From contig JAQTTB010000001.1 in NCBI GenBank assembly GCA_028710985.1, forward strand, positions 359,397 through 423,396: a stretch of 64,000 nucleotides of DNA, read 5' to 3'. Source of the DNA: Patescibacteria group bacterium. GTDB taxonomy: Bacteria; Patescibacteriota; Patescibacteriia; JAHJFT01. Every line of letters begins with the position of its first letter. The first letter of the stretch is position 1. The position numbers and the translations under genes were made by a program. Shown here piece by piece: positions 1 to 10,017 of the stretch. The notes under the pieces are model-generated. The model saw only the letters and a program-made list of their open reading frames with translations. It searched no databases and was not told the origin of the DNA.

Positions 1-778
1 GGTTGGCTCTATTCTTTGCCATGTCCGCTTCCACCTGGGGGCGGAGCTCGGCCACCTTTTCGGGCGGCAGAAGGGGCTCGCGCGGCGCGGCCTTGGGAGC
101 CTCGGGGGCGGGCATGGCCTCGGCCGGCGCGGCCTTGGGGGCCTTGGCAGCCTCCGCGTCGACTCGCGCCATCTCATCCTCGAACGATCCTCTCGAGATG
201 ACGCCGCCCTCGTAAAGGCCTCTGAGGACCGCCCTCTTCTCGTCCGGGGTGTTGGGGCACTTCTTGGTAGCGGGGGCTTCGGTCTTGGGAACCCTGCCCC
301 GGACTTCGGCCATGGTTACCAGGGCGTTGAACCCCAGCTTCACCGACTTGTCGCGGAGGGCTAGCAGCAGGTCGCGAAGCTCCATGGCCCGCTTGAGCAC
401 GTCGTCCGAGAGATAAAAAGTTATCTCCGGAGCGAGTGGCGTTCCGCTTTCATCGGGCGGGGCGTAGTGAGTCACTCTGGTTTCCTCGTCGGCTTCCTTG
501 TAGAGAACCTCGATCTTGCCGCCGTCCTTGGTGTTCACCGCGATCTTCTCCTTACCGCGGTAGGCGGCAAGGAGCAGGGCGAACGAGATGAATACCGAGC
601 GCGCCCGTATCTTCTCTCCCTCGGTCATGGGGTCCAGATTAACCTGGATCTGGAGCGCCTCGAGCACGGGCTCGAGGAGCGAGCGAAGCGCGAGCACGAC
701 CGTGTACCAGCAGCCGTCCGAAGCCTTGACCTCGCCGATCCTCATCTTTACTATGGTCCTTATGCTCTTTCCCTTCAT
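1..778 (-). CDS. hypothetical protein, C-terminus cut by the window edge (ATG at 778-776; at least 259 aa; Ala/Pro-rich distal part)
   Basis: Manual reverse-complement translation gives an uninterrupted frame from ATG 778 to position 1 (MKGKSIRTIVKMRIGEVKASDGCWYTVV...). A GGAGG/AAGGAG RBS lies 7-15 nt upstream. The ORF track lists only complete ORFs, so this one is missing from it. GC about 65%, against about 50-55% for the rest of the window. Confidence 0.5.
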   Translation of the reverse strand, partial: MKGKSIRTIVKMRIGEVKASDGCWYTVVLALRSLLEPVLEALQIQVNLDPMTEGEKIRARSVFISFALLLAAYRGKEKIAVNTKDGGKIEVLYKEADEETRVTHYAPPDESGTPLAPEITFYLSDDVLKRAMELRDLLLALRDKSVKLGFNALVTMAEVRGRVPKTEAPATKKCPNTPDEKRAVLRGLYEGGVISRGSFEDEMARVDAEAAKAPKAAPAEAMPAPEAPKAAPREPLLPPEKVAELRPQVEADMAKNRAN

Positions 779-943
779 GACTGAACTCCTTATTGCCTCC
801 CGCACTGCGGGGGGACTTGGCTTGGGTTTAAGGAACTAAGTTTCGCATCAGCCGCCAATTGTGATTCGCGGCTAGTGTGATGGCACGAAAGTTCGTGCCG
901 TGTGGTGTGAGAAAAGCGGATTGGAACTGTGAAAGGTGAGTGG

Positions 944-1333
944 CTACAGGATGCAGCCGTGCTTGCGAAGCAGTGCCTCGGCGGCGCGCTGGCGCTCCGA
1001 AGCGCGCTTCGCGGTCTCGATCGCGGCGAGGATCTCGGAGGCTGAACGGGCGCGGACCACAGCGATCGACGCCTTGGCGTAATCCGCCTTGGCCGCGGGA
1101 ATCTGCTCGAAGGTCCGGATGACCTCGGACGCTGCGCCCATCCGGCGGATGGCGGCGGAGACGGCCTGGGGTGTCGCGGCCTGGAGCAGGTCGCACTTGG
1201 CGGCGCGGCGGAGCACGATGCTCTGTCGGATGACCGCTACGCCCTCGCGGGTGATCGGCGTGCCGGCGGGCTCGGGCGCGGGGAGAACCGGAACGATCTG
1301 GATCAGACCGGGGGCCATGATGATGCTCGACAT
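944..1333 (-). CDS. hypothetical protein (129 aa)
   Basis: Complete ORF with an AGGAG RBS 8 nt upstream of the ATG. Same strand and same high GC as the 1-778 gene. No recognisable motif. Confidence 0.4.
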   Translation of the reverse strand: MSSIIMAPGLIQIVPVLPAPEPAGTPITREGVAVIRQSIVLRRAAKCDLLQAATPQAVSAAIRRMGAASEVIRTFEQIPAAKADYAKASIAVVRARSASEILAAIETAKRASERQRAAEALLRKHGCIL

Positions 1334-1879
1334 GCAGAGCTCCTTCTATATACCTCGACACTCGGTCGAGGATTTGCTTGGGGTTATATCACCGCTTCCC
1401 AGCTGGAGGAGAACCGTGGCACTAATTGGCGAGCTAAAATGCTCTTAATTATTTGAATGCCTGGTTAAACCCCCTCCATGTGGCAGGCGGTAATTTTTCC
1501 GGGAAAGAACTGGAGGCGTGTCTATTTGCGGGTTGCGCACGAGGCGCGCCGCAAATATAGGTTCTGCGAATGTACATGTTTTAGTAAACTCCTTGCGGAG
1601 ACCAAAACGGACATCCTTGGAACCGCCTCCGACTTGCTTTGTCCCAAAGGGACTGGGCTCGCCGTTGGTTGACCCCTCCATTTCTTTCTTGGAAAAAATC
1701 GCGGACGCGGAATTGGAGGCAGCGCCCGGGCATGGCCAATAAATTGGTCTTCCCGAGCAAATGGCATCCCTGTGACAAGGATTCACGAAGATTGCTCCTC
1801 GATTGATCCTTGAAGATGCCGCAGTTCGCATTGCCCGCTCCTCAACGGGCGGCGCGAAACAGTTGCTGTATATCCCGAT

Positions 1880-1898
1880 CTGCCTGCCGGTAGGCAGG
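1880..1898. repeat. copy of the 20-nt palindrome family (CTGCCTGCCGGTAGGCAGG), nested in the longer palindrome CCCGAT...ATCGGG (1874-1908)
   Basis: Direct read. It matches the perfect copies at 13248, 36130 and 36524 with 1-2 changes. Confidence 0.7.
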
Positions 1899-2366
1899 TG
1901 TTATCGGGACCTCCTCCAAATCTGCGTCCGCGATTGAATTGTGATGAACAAAAAAGAGATTATTTAGTCGCGGAGAGTATAATCTCAAAACAAATAATCT
2001 CTTTCTTGATCCCGAATAACAAAATGGTAATCGGGACCCTATTTTCTCTCTCCTCGTATTAAATTGTATGGTTCAAATACTTATTGATTTTTGATTTTTA
2101 ACAAGTAACTATACCATAGGCTAAGGGATTTGTCAAGACCTGCTGACAGATATTTTAGCTAAATTAAGCCTTTTATGCATAGATTAGCCAAAATATGTCA
2201 AAAACTAAAATATAAGGGCAAACAAGCGAATTTTAATGTGACTGTGGATAATCTTGGGGATAATTTTTTAAATATCCGGCTTGACGAAGCAAAAAATATT
2301 AAAAAATGGCTTATTTTAGCCATATTATCGCATCTCTTGACAAGCTCAAAGTTATACCCACAAAAC

Positions 2367-2395
2367 TTGACAGTTTTGAGAAGTCTTGTTAAAAT
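2367..2395 (+). promoter_or_regulatory. sigma70-like promoter (TTGACA-17-TAAAAT) upstream of rpoB
   Basis: Consensus -35 at 2367-2372, a 17-nt spacer, and TAAAAT at 2390-2395. It sits about 210 nt upstream of the rpoB start. Confidence 0.4.
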
Positions 2396-2606
2396 TAGGG
2401 CACGCTGTTTGATTTTTGGCTTATTTTCCGCTATAAAGTCATACTTTCTAAGAGTGGAACAAGTCTCAAACATGACACATCAGTAGCAAAATTTTTTTTG
2501 GCTGCCCTAGCCATTTATTGGCGCGGGGATTTTTTATTTTTAGACCCTAAAAATTTATCAAAATTTCTTAATAAAATAATTTCCGCAAGATATTTATTAA
2601 CACCCT

Positions 2607-5600
2607 ATGATATTTAAAAGAATGGCGCCGACCGAGCCGGGCAGAAAATATTTTACCCGCTTGCGCGAGGCGATTCCGCTCCCGAACCTAATTCAGGTCC
2701 AGCTGGACTCATATCGCTGGTTTCTTGAAAACGGTATTCGCGAGCTTTTTAACGAGATTTCGCCGATTAAGGATTTTATCGGCCGTGATCTTGAGTTATA
2801 TTTTGAAGATTATTATTTCGACGAGCCCAAGTTTGACGAGCCGACATCGCGCGAAAAAAATATTACTTACGAAGCGCCGCTCCGTGTGCGCGCCAAGCTC
2901 ATGAACCGCCGCACCGAAGAAGAGCGCGAGCAGGATATTTATCTCGGCGACTTGCCGGTAATGACTGACCGCGGCACTTTTATCATCAATGGTATCGAGC
3001 GCGCGGTTGTCACCCAGCTCGTGCGTTCGGCCGGCGCTTTTTTTACTTCCGAATTCAACCGCGGACGCAAGTATTACGGAGCGAAACTGATTCCCAACCG
3101 CGGCGCCTGGCTTGAATTTGAAACCGACGCGAGCAATGTCATCTGGGTGAAGATTGATCGTAAAAGAAAAGTCGTGGTTACGGCGCTCATGCGTTCGTTC
3201 GGATATTCCACGGATGAGGAAATTATCAAAGAGTTTAAGGACGTGGATATTCACCCGACCAATCGTTACATTGAATCAACCATCGCGAAAGATGTTTCGC
3301 ATGATCAGGACGGCGGCTTGATCGAGGTGTACAAAAGAATTCGTCCTGGCGATCTTGCAACTCCAGATAATGCCAAAAGCTTGATACACGCCATGTTTTT
3401 TAATTACGATCGTTATGATTTGGGTAAAGTCGGTCGTTATAAATTCAATCTGCGTTTCGGACTGGATACGGCAAAAAAACACGTTGAAGATGAAAAGAAT
3501 CGCATTCTCCGACCCGAAGACATTGTCATGATTGTCCGTGAAATTATCCGGCTGAATATTAGCCAGGGAGACGCCGATGATGTCGATCATCTCGGCAACC
3601 GCCGCGTTCGCGCGGTCGGAGAACTGGTGCAGGCGCGTTTCCGCGTCGGCCTCGCGCGCATGGAGCGCATTGTCAAAGACCGCATGAGCACCATTGATGT
3701 TTCGGCCCTGACTTCCGGAAAATTGGTCAACGCCCGCCCGGTTATCGGCGCGGTGCGCGAATTTTTTATGTCATCCCAGCTTTCGCAGTTCATGGATCAG
3801 ACCAATCCTCTGGCCGAACTTGAGCACAAGCGCCGGCTCTCGGCCATGGGCCCGGGCGGCTTATCGCGCGAACGCGCCGGATTTGAAGTCCGTGACGTCC
3901 ACCCGACTCACTACGGCCGCATCTGCCCGATTGCCACTCCCGAAGGACCGAACATCGGCTTGGTGGGCCATCTTTCCTGCTACGCGCTTGTTAATGAATA
4001 CGGTTTTATTGAATCTCCTTACCGTCGCGTGGTGCATGATGTGCCGAACGACGGCAAGTCCGCGGTCGGGGAATATGCCCGCCATGATTTGAAAGACGCT
4101 GAAGGCAAAATTGTTGTTTCCGCCGAAGAAAAGATTACCAAAGAAATCGCTGCGAAACTTATAGGCAACGGAACGGAAACCATTCCGCTCAAGCCGCGCG
4201 TCACCAATGATATTGAATATTTGAACGCGTTTCACGAAGAAAAATCAATCTGCGCTTCGGCCACCACTGCAATCGACGAAAAAGGATTCTTTCTGGAAAC
4301 GCAGGTCGGCGTCCGCAAACGCGGCGAGCCGAGCGTTGAAGACGTTCACTCCATTGATTACATGGACGTTGCTTCAAAGCAGATTGTGAGTATCGCCACT
4401 GCCTTGATCCCGTTCCTGGAACATGATGACACTGTCCGCGCCTTGATGGGCACGAACATGCAGCGCCAGGCAGTGCCGTGTGTTAAAGCCGATGCTCCGA
4501 TTGTTGGCACCGGCGTGGAGGAGCGCGCGGCGCGCGATTCCGGGCATATGATATCGGCCGAAGAAGACGGTGTGGTGAAATATATTGACGCCGCCCGCAT
4601 TATTATTGAGAAGAAAGACGGCGACGCGCATGAATATGTGATGAAAAAATTTCTGCGCTCCAATGCTTCCACCTGCATCAACCAGACTCCGGTTGTTTCA
4701 CCCGGCCAAAAAATTAAGATTGGAGATGTTCTCGCCGACGGTTCGGGCATCGATCAGGGCGAACTTGCCCTGGGCCAGAATGTTTTCGTGGCTTTCATGG
4801 CCTGGGAAGGGTACAACTACGAGGACGCGGTTATTATTTCCGAGCGCCTTGTGCAGGACGACCGTTATACATCAGTGAATATTGAACACTGCGTGGTTGA
4901 TGTGCGCGATACCAAACTCGGGCCGGAAGTGGTTACTTCGGATATTCCGAATATCGGCGAAGAAAAACTCCGCAATTTAGATGAGAACGGCATTGTACGC
5001 GTCGGCGCCGAAGTCACATCCGGCGATATTTTGGTCGGCAAAATTACTCCCAAGGGCGAAACCGAACTTTCGGCCGAAGAAAAACTCCTGCGTGCCATTT
5101 TCGGCGAGAAGGCCCGCGACGTGCGCGACAGTTCGCTTTATCTTGAGCACGGTGAACATGGCAAGGTAGTGGATATTAAAATTTTTTCACGCGAGGACGG
5201 CGACAAACTGCCGCCCGGCGTTATTAAATCAATTCAGGTTTCCGTGGCCGATCTCCGCAAGGTGCAGGTTGGCGACAAGCTCGCCGGCCGTCACGGCAAC
5301 AAAGGCGTTATTTCCAAGGTGGTTCCGATTGAAGACATGCCGTTTCTCGAAGACGGCACGCCGGTTGACATGATTCTTTCGCCGCTCGGCGTTGTCTCCC
5401 GCATGAACCTCGGCCAGATTCTGGAAACTCATCTTGGCCTTGCGGCCAACGCCCTTGGCTATCAGGTTGCGACTCCGGTTTTGGATGGCGTCTCGGAAGA
5501 AACTATTCACAGCGAACTCAAGCGCGCCGGTTTTCCGTCCGACGGAAAAATCAAGGTATTTGACGGCCGCACCGGCGACGCATTTGAAAACAAACCGACA

Positions 5601-6017
5601 GTTGGCTACATATATATGATGAAGCTCAACCATATGGTTGAAGATAAAATTCATCAGCGCTCCATTGGGCCATACTCGCTCATCACTCAGCAGCCCCTTG
5701 GGGGCAAAGCCCAGTTCGGCGGCCAGAGGTTCGGTGAAATGGAAGTCTGGGCGCTCGAGGCTTACGGCGCGGCGCATACCCTGCAGGAAATACTCACCAT
5801 CAAATCCGACGACGTGCCCGGCCGCAGCAAGGCATATGAATCAATTATCAAGGGTGAGGAAATCAAAAAACTCAATATTCCGGAATCATTCAATGTATTG
5901 GTGCGCGAGCTCAAGGGCCTTTGTCTGGATGTGGAACTCCTGAAAGACGGTGAGCGGGTTGACAGCATCATTGATTCTGGAGAAGTGACGAAACGGCCTG
6001 ACTCATTTCAAAAATAA
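2607..6017 (+). CDS. rpoB: DNA-directed RNA polymerase subunit beta (short form, 1136 aa)
   Basis: Conserved blocks are readable, for example GTFIINGIERAVVTQLVRS, rifampicin-cluster region, HGNKGVISKV and GGQRFGEMEVWALEAYGAA. The start could also be the Met at 2622. Confidence 0.95.
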   Translation: MIFKRMAPTEPGRKYFTRLREAIPLPNLIQVQLDSYRWFLENGIRELFNEISPIKDFIGRDLELYFEDYYFDEPKFDEPTSREKNITYEAPLRVRAKLMNRRTEEEREQDIYLGDLPVMTDRGTFIINGIERAVVTQLVRSAGAFFTSEFNRGRKYYGAKLIPNRGAWLEFETDASNVIWVKIDRKRKVVVTALMRSFGYSTDEEIIKEFKDVDIHPTNRYIESTIAKDVSHDQDGGLIEVYKRIRPGDLATPDNAKSLIHAMFFNYDRYDLGKVGRYKFNLRFGLDTAKKHVEDEKNRILRPEDIVMIVREIIRLNISQGDADDVDHLGNRRVRAVGELVQARFRVGLARMERIVKDRMSTIDVSALTSGKLVNARPVIGAVREFFMSSQLSQFMDQTNPLAELEHKRRLSAMGPGGLSRERAGFEVRDVHPTHYGRICPIATPEGPNIGLVGHLSCYALVNEYGFIESPYRRVVHDVPNDGKSAVGEYARHDLKDAEGKIVVSAEEKITKEIAAKLIGNGTETIPLKPRVTNDIEYLNAFHEEKSICASATTAIDEKGFFLETQVGVRKRGEPSVEDVHSIDYMDVASKQIVSIATALIPFLEHDDTVRALMGTNMQRQAVPCVKADAPIVGTGVEERAARDSGHMISAEEDGVVKYIDAARIIIEKKDGDAHEYVMKKFLRSNASTCINQTPVVSPGQKIKIGDVLADGSGIDQGELALGQNVFVAFMAWEGYNYEDAVIISERLVQDDRYTSVNIEHCVVDVRDTKLGPEVVTSDIPNIGEEKLRNLDENGIVRVGAEVTSGDILVGKITPKGETELSAEEKLLRAIFGEKARDVRDSSLYLEHGEHGKVVDIKIFSREDGDKLPPGVIKSIQVSVADLRKVQVGDKLAGRHGNKGVISKVVPIEDMPFLEDGTPVDMILSPLGVVSRMNLGQILETHLGLAANALGYQVATPVLDGVSEETIHSELKRAGFPSDGKIKVFDGRTGDAFENKPTVGYIYMMKLNHMVEDKIHQRSIGPYSLITQQPLGGKAQFGGQRFGEMEVWALEAYGAAHTLQEILTIKSDDVPGRSKAYESIIKGEEIKKLNIPESFNVLVRELKGLCLDVELLKDGERVDSIIDSGEVTKRPDSFQK

Positions 6018-6019
6018 TA

Positions 6020-9000
6020 TTGAAACATATGCCAGAACCAATCACGAAAATTGCCGACTTTGACGCCATGCGGCTTCGGCTCGCTTCTCCGGAAGCGATC
6101 CGCTCCTGGTCTTACGGCGAAGTTACAAAACCCGAGACCATTAATTACCGCACCCAGAAACCGGAAAAGAGCGGCCTTTTCGCCGAAGAAATTTTTGGGC
6201 CGTCCAAAGACTGGGAATGCTATTGCGGTAAGTATAAAAAAATCCGTTATAAAGGAATTGTCTGCGATAAATGCGGCGTTGAGGTCACGCATTCCATCGT
6301 GCGCCGCGAACGCATGGGCCACATTGAACTTGCTGCGCCGGTATCGCACATTTGGTTTTTACGCGGCGTGCCGTCCAAAATCGGCACCGTGCTTGATATG
6401 TCGGCGCAGGCGCTTGAAAAAGTAATTTATTTTGGATCATTTATCATAACCGGGGTTGATGAAGGAGCAAAGCGCGCCACTCTGGAACAGCTCAAATCCG
6501 AATACAAGAGCAAGCGCAAGATGATTGAAAACGAGCATAAGCGCGATTATGAACGCGCTCAGAAAAACGCCACCGAGAAAAATATCGGCGAAAAAGAACT
6601 GCAAACCGAATTGGAAAAACTTTACAGCATTAAAGAAAATAAACTCAAGGAACTTGATAAGGATTACAGCTCTACGGATAAGGAGCTCAAGGAGCTCAAG
6701 GTTTTAAAAATTATTTCCGAAGCCGAGTACCAGGATTATTCCCTAAAATTCGGCCACATCTTTAAGGCCGGCATCGGCGCCGAGGCGGTTCACTATCTCC
6801 TGTCCAAAATCGATCTTCCGGCGACCATCAAGGCGCTCGAAGAAGAGCTCGCGAATTCCAAGGCCGCAAAGCAGGACCGCATTGTCCGCCGCATCAAGCT
6901 CATGAAGAGTCTTGAAAAAAATGGGATCAAGCCCGACTGGATGATTCTCACGGTTGTTCCGGTCATTCCGCCGGATTTGCGCCCCATGGTCGCCCTGGAC
7001 GGCGGTCGGTTCGCTACCTCGGACTTGAATGATTTATATCGCCGTGTCATCAACCGCAATAACCGCCTCAAAAGGCTCAAGGAGCTGAACGCGCCGGAGG
7101 TTATCACGCGCAACGAGAAAAGAATGCTGCAGGAAGCCGCCGACGCCCTGATCGACAACAGCGCGCGCCATTCCAAAACCGTAATTGCCGCGACCGGCAA
7201 AAAGCGCCAGCTCAAGTCGCTCGCCGACACACTCAAGGGAAAGCAGGGACGCTTCCGCCAGAACCTGCTGGGTAAAAGAATCGATTACTCCGGCCGTTCG
7301 GTCATCGTAGTCGGCCCGTCGCTCAAGATCCACCAGTGCGGACTTCCGAAGAAAATGGCGCTTGAGCTCTTCAAGCCGTTTGTGATTTCCAAACTCATTG
7401 AGCGTGAATACGTTCATAATATAAGAAGCGCGAACCGTTTTATTGAATCCGATCGTCCCGAAGTCTGGGATATTCTTGAAGAAATTATCAAAGACGCCGT
7501 GGTTCTCCTAAACCGCGCGCCGACCCTGCACCGCCTCGGCATTCAGGCATTCTGCCCGATTTTGATTGAAGGAAAAGCGATTCAGGTTCATCCCATGGTC
7601 TGCTCGGCCTTTAATGCCGACTTTGACGGCGACCAAATGGCTGTGCACGTGCCGCTCACCGTTGAATCAAAGCGTGAAGCCCGCGAAATTATGCTTTCGT
7701 CAGTCAACCTCCTGAAGCCGGCCACCGGACATCCGGTCGCGACCGCGAATAAGGATGTTGCCTGGGGCTGTTATTATATGAGTACGCTGGTTGCTCCCGA
7801 GGGACGCGAGCCCAGGGCTTTGTATGGCATTGAAGAAGCGCTGTTCGCTTACAATTCCAAAAAAATCAGCATTCGTGAAAAAATCCGCGTTCCGTTAAGG
7901 CAAGGCGGTGAGCTTATTGAAACTAATGTCGGGCGGCTTCTCATTAATCGCTGCTTCCCGGAAAAGATCCCCTACATCAATGAGACAATGGGCGTAAAAA
8001 AACTTGGCGAAGTCGTTCGCCTGTGCCTTGAATATTACGGCAACGAGCGCACTGCCCAGCTTTTAGATGATTTGAAGGAACTCGGCTTTAAGCACATCAC
8101 ACTTTCCGGATATTCCTGGGGCATGAGCGATCTGCCGATTTTGGAAAAAAAGAAAGAACTTATTACCGAAGGAAACAATCAGGTTAATCTTATTCAGGGA
8201 CAATATGATCAGGGCTTACTCACGCAGGCGGAACGCCACAGCCAGATTATCAAAGTCTGGACGGATATTAAGGAACGGGTTACCAAGCTCTCTCGCGAAT
8301 CGTTGCCTAAAGACGGCTCGGTATTTTCCATGATTGAATCCGGCGCCCGCGGTTCCTGGGGCCAGCTCACCCAGATGGTCGGCATGAAAGGCCTGGTGTC
8401 CAATCCGGTTGGCGACATTATTGAGCTGCCGGTCAAGGCGAATTTTCGCGAAGGTTTTGACGTGCTTGAATTTTTTATCTCCACCCATGGCGCGAGAAAA
8501 GGTCTTTCCGATACCGCTCTTCGTACCGCGAGTGCGGGTTATCTTACTCGTCGCCTGGTTGATGTGGCGCAGGATATCGTTGTCACTCAAGAAGATTGCG
8601 GTGAATCGGAGGGCATTCTGATTACCAAAAAAGAACAGGAAGAAATTGGTGAAGCCGTCAATACCCGTATCCTCGGCCGATTTACTCTTTCGGATATTAA
8701 GAATCCAAAAACCGGCAAGGTTGTCATTAAACGCGATACCTTGATTACCGAAGAGCACCTTCGTAAACTCGAGGGCATTGAGATTGAAGAAGTGCGCGTC
8801 CGGAGCGTCGCGACCTGCAAATTGCACCGAGGTATCTGCCAGAAGTGCTATGGTTACGATCTCGCTTATAATAAACTGGTGGAATTCGGCACCGCGGTCG
8901 GCATTATGGCTGCGCAGTCAATCGGCGAGCCGGGTACCCAGCTTACTATGAGAACATTTCACACCGGCGGTGTGGCTGGTCAGGATATCACCCAGGGTTT

Positions 9001-9910
9001 GCCGCGCGTTGAAGAGCTCTTTGAGGCGCGTCCGCCCAAGCGCCGCGCTATCATCGCGGATTTCACCGGCAAGATTCGGATTGAAACCATTGAGCGCAAA
9101 ATTATTGAATCTCCGACCGGCCAGAAATATCTTGACCTGAATCAGCCCGGCCAGCGCATTATCAAAATTGAATACGAAGGCGTGGACGAAGAAAAATTCC
9201 GCGCCGACGAAGGCGATGAAATCAAGGTGAAGGATGGCACCAAGGTTTTTGAAGGCGATGAACTTATTGTGCGTAAAGACGGCGCCGCGATTCCGGCGCG
9301 CCGTGAAGGCACGGTAAAGGTGGAAAAAAATATTGTTCGGGTTGTCTTTTCAACAAAGAGCACTCACGAATACGTAATACCGCCTGGCGTTGTCATCTGG
9401 GTAAAGGATGGCGACGAAGTGCAGGCCGGCGACCAGCTCACCGAAGGCGACCTGGATCTCCAGCAGCTTTATACCCTCCGCGGCGGCGAATCGGTCAAGA
9501 AATATCTGCTCAAAGAAATTCTCTTTATTTACGCTTCGCAGGGACAGAAGCTCAATTCCAAACACATTGAGCTCATCATTCGCCAAATGTTCTCGCGCGT
9601 TTATGTCAAAGATGCCGGCGACACCGATCTCTTGCCCGGCGATATAGTGGAAAAAGCAAAATGGCTTGATGAAAACGAGAAGGCCGAAAAAACCAAGGGA
9701 CGTCCGGCCGAAGCCCATGAGCTTTTTCTCGGCGTGAGTAAGGTTTCGCTTTCCACCGAATCATTCCTCTCGGCCGCCTCCTTCCAAGAGACCGCCCGCG
9801 TCTTAATTAACGCCGCGGTCACCGGAAAGATTGATAAGCTTGAAGGCCTCAAGGAAAATGTTATCATCGGCCGCCTCATTCCGGCCGGCACCGGATTCCA
9901 CAAGCAATAG
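6020..9910 (+). CDS. rpoC: DNA-directed RNA polymerase subunit beta' (1296 aa), with a lineage-specific Lys/Glu-rich insertion around 6460-6900
   Basis: Zinc-binding CGKYKKIRYKGIVCDKCGV, NADFDGDQMAVHVP and FATSDLNDLYRRVINRNNRLKRL motifs. It starts 3 nt after the rpoB stop. Confidence 0.95.
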   Translation: MKHMPEPITKIADFDAMRLRLASPEAIRSWSYGEVTKPETINYRTQKPEKSGLFAEEIFGPSKDWECYCGKYKKIRYKGIVCDKCGVEVTHSIVRRERMGHIELAAPVSHIWFLRGVPSKIGTVLDMSAQALEKVIYFGSFIITGVDEGAKRATLEQLKSEYKSKRKMIENEHKRDYERAQKNATEKNIGEKELQTELEKLYSIKENKLKELDKDYSSTDKELKELKVLKIISEAEYQDYSLKFGHIFKAGIGAEAVHYLLSKIDLPATIKALEEELANSKAAKQDRIVRRIKLMKSLEKNGIKPDWMILTVVPVIPPDLRPMVALDGGRFATSDLNDLYRRVINRNNRLKRLKELNAPEVITRNEKRMLQEAADALIDNSARHSKTVIAATGKKRQLKSLADTLKGKQGRFRQNLLGKRIDYSGRSVIVVGPSLKIHQCGLPKKMALELFKPFVISKLIEREYVHNIRSANRFIESDRPEVWDILEEIIKDAVVLLNRAPTLHRLGIQAFCPILIEGKAIQVHPMVCSAFNADFDGDQMAVHVPLTVESKREAREIMLSSVNLLKPATGHPVATANKDVAWGCYYMSTLVAPEGREPRALYGIEEALFAYNSKKISIREKIRVPLRQGGELIETNVGRLLINRCFPEKIPYINETMGVKKLGEVVRLCLEYYGNERTAQLLDDLKELGFKHITLSGYSWGMSDLPILEKKKELITEGNNQVNLIQGQYDQGLLTQAERHSQIIKVWTDIKERVTKLSRESLPKDGSVFSMIESGARGSWGQLTQMVGMKGLVSNPVGDIIELPVKANFREGFDVLEFFISTHGARKGLSDTALRTASAGYLTRRLVDVAQDIVVTQEDCGESEGILITKKEQEEIGEAVNTRILGRFTLSDIKNPKTGKVVIKRDTLITEEHLRKLEGIEIEEVRVRSVATCKLHRGICQKCYGYDLAYNKLVEFGTAVGIMAAQSIGEPGTQLTMRTFHTGGVAGQDITQGLPRVEELFEARPPKRRAIIADFTGKIRIETIERKIIESPTGQKYLDLNQPGQRIIKIEYEGVDEEKFRADEGDEIKVKDGTKVFEGDELIVRKDGAAIPARREGTVKVEKNIVRVVFSTKSTHEYVIPPGVVIWVKDGDEVQAGDQLTEGDLDLQQLYTLRGGESVKKYLLKEILFIYASQGQKLNSKHIELIIRQMFSRVYVKDAGDTDLLPGDIVEKAKWLDENEKAEKTKGRPAEAHELFLGVSKVSLSTESFLSAASFQETARVLINAAVTGKIDKLEGLKENVIIGRLIPAGTGFHKQ

Positions 9911-9924
9911 AAAATCATAAAAAT

Positions 9925-9963
9925 CGTCCCGACGTTCACTTCGTTCAGTCGGGACGATTTTTT
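9925..9963 (+). terminator. rho-independent terminator after rpoC (GTCCCGAC-loop-GTCGGGAC hairpin plus a T-run)
   Basis: cgtcccgacgttcacttcgttcagtcgggacg followed by ttttttg. The same stem family recurs at tRNA scars (see findings). Confidence 0.7.
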
Positions 9964-10017
9964 GTTGAAAATTACCTGGATTTTTGATACTATTAAGTCA
10001 ATCCTAAACAATACTCT

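Noticed and set aside
3-839. Plus-strand ORFs 3-215, 16-201, 467-784 and 588-839 from the track
   Set aside because: They are shadow frames of the continuous minus-strand gene 1-778 in GC-rich DNA. They have no RBS and implausible Arg/Ala/Pro-rich products.
1445-1831. Overlapping ORFs on both strands (1445-1831, 1478-1672, 1518-1742, 1522-1767, 1581-1778) and the 2175-2486 ORF
   Set aside because: Several frames are mutually overlapping, there are no RBSs, and the composition is non-coding-like. The region is treated as intergenic, possibly structured RNA.
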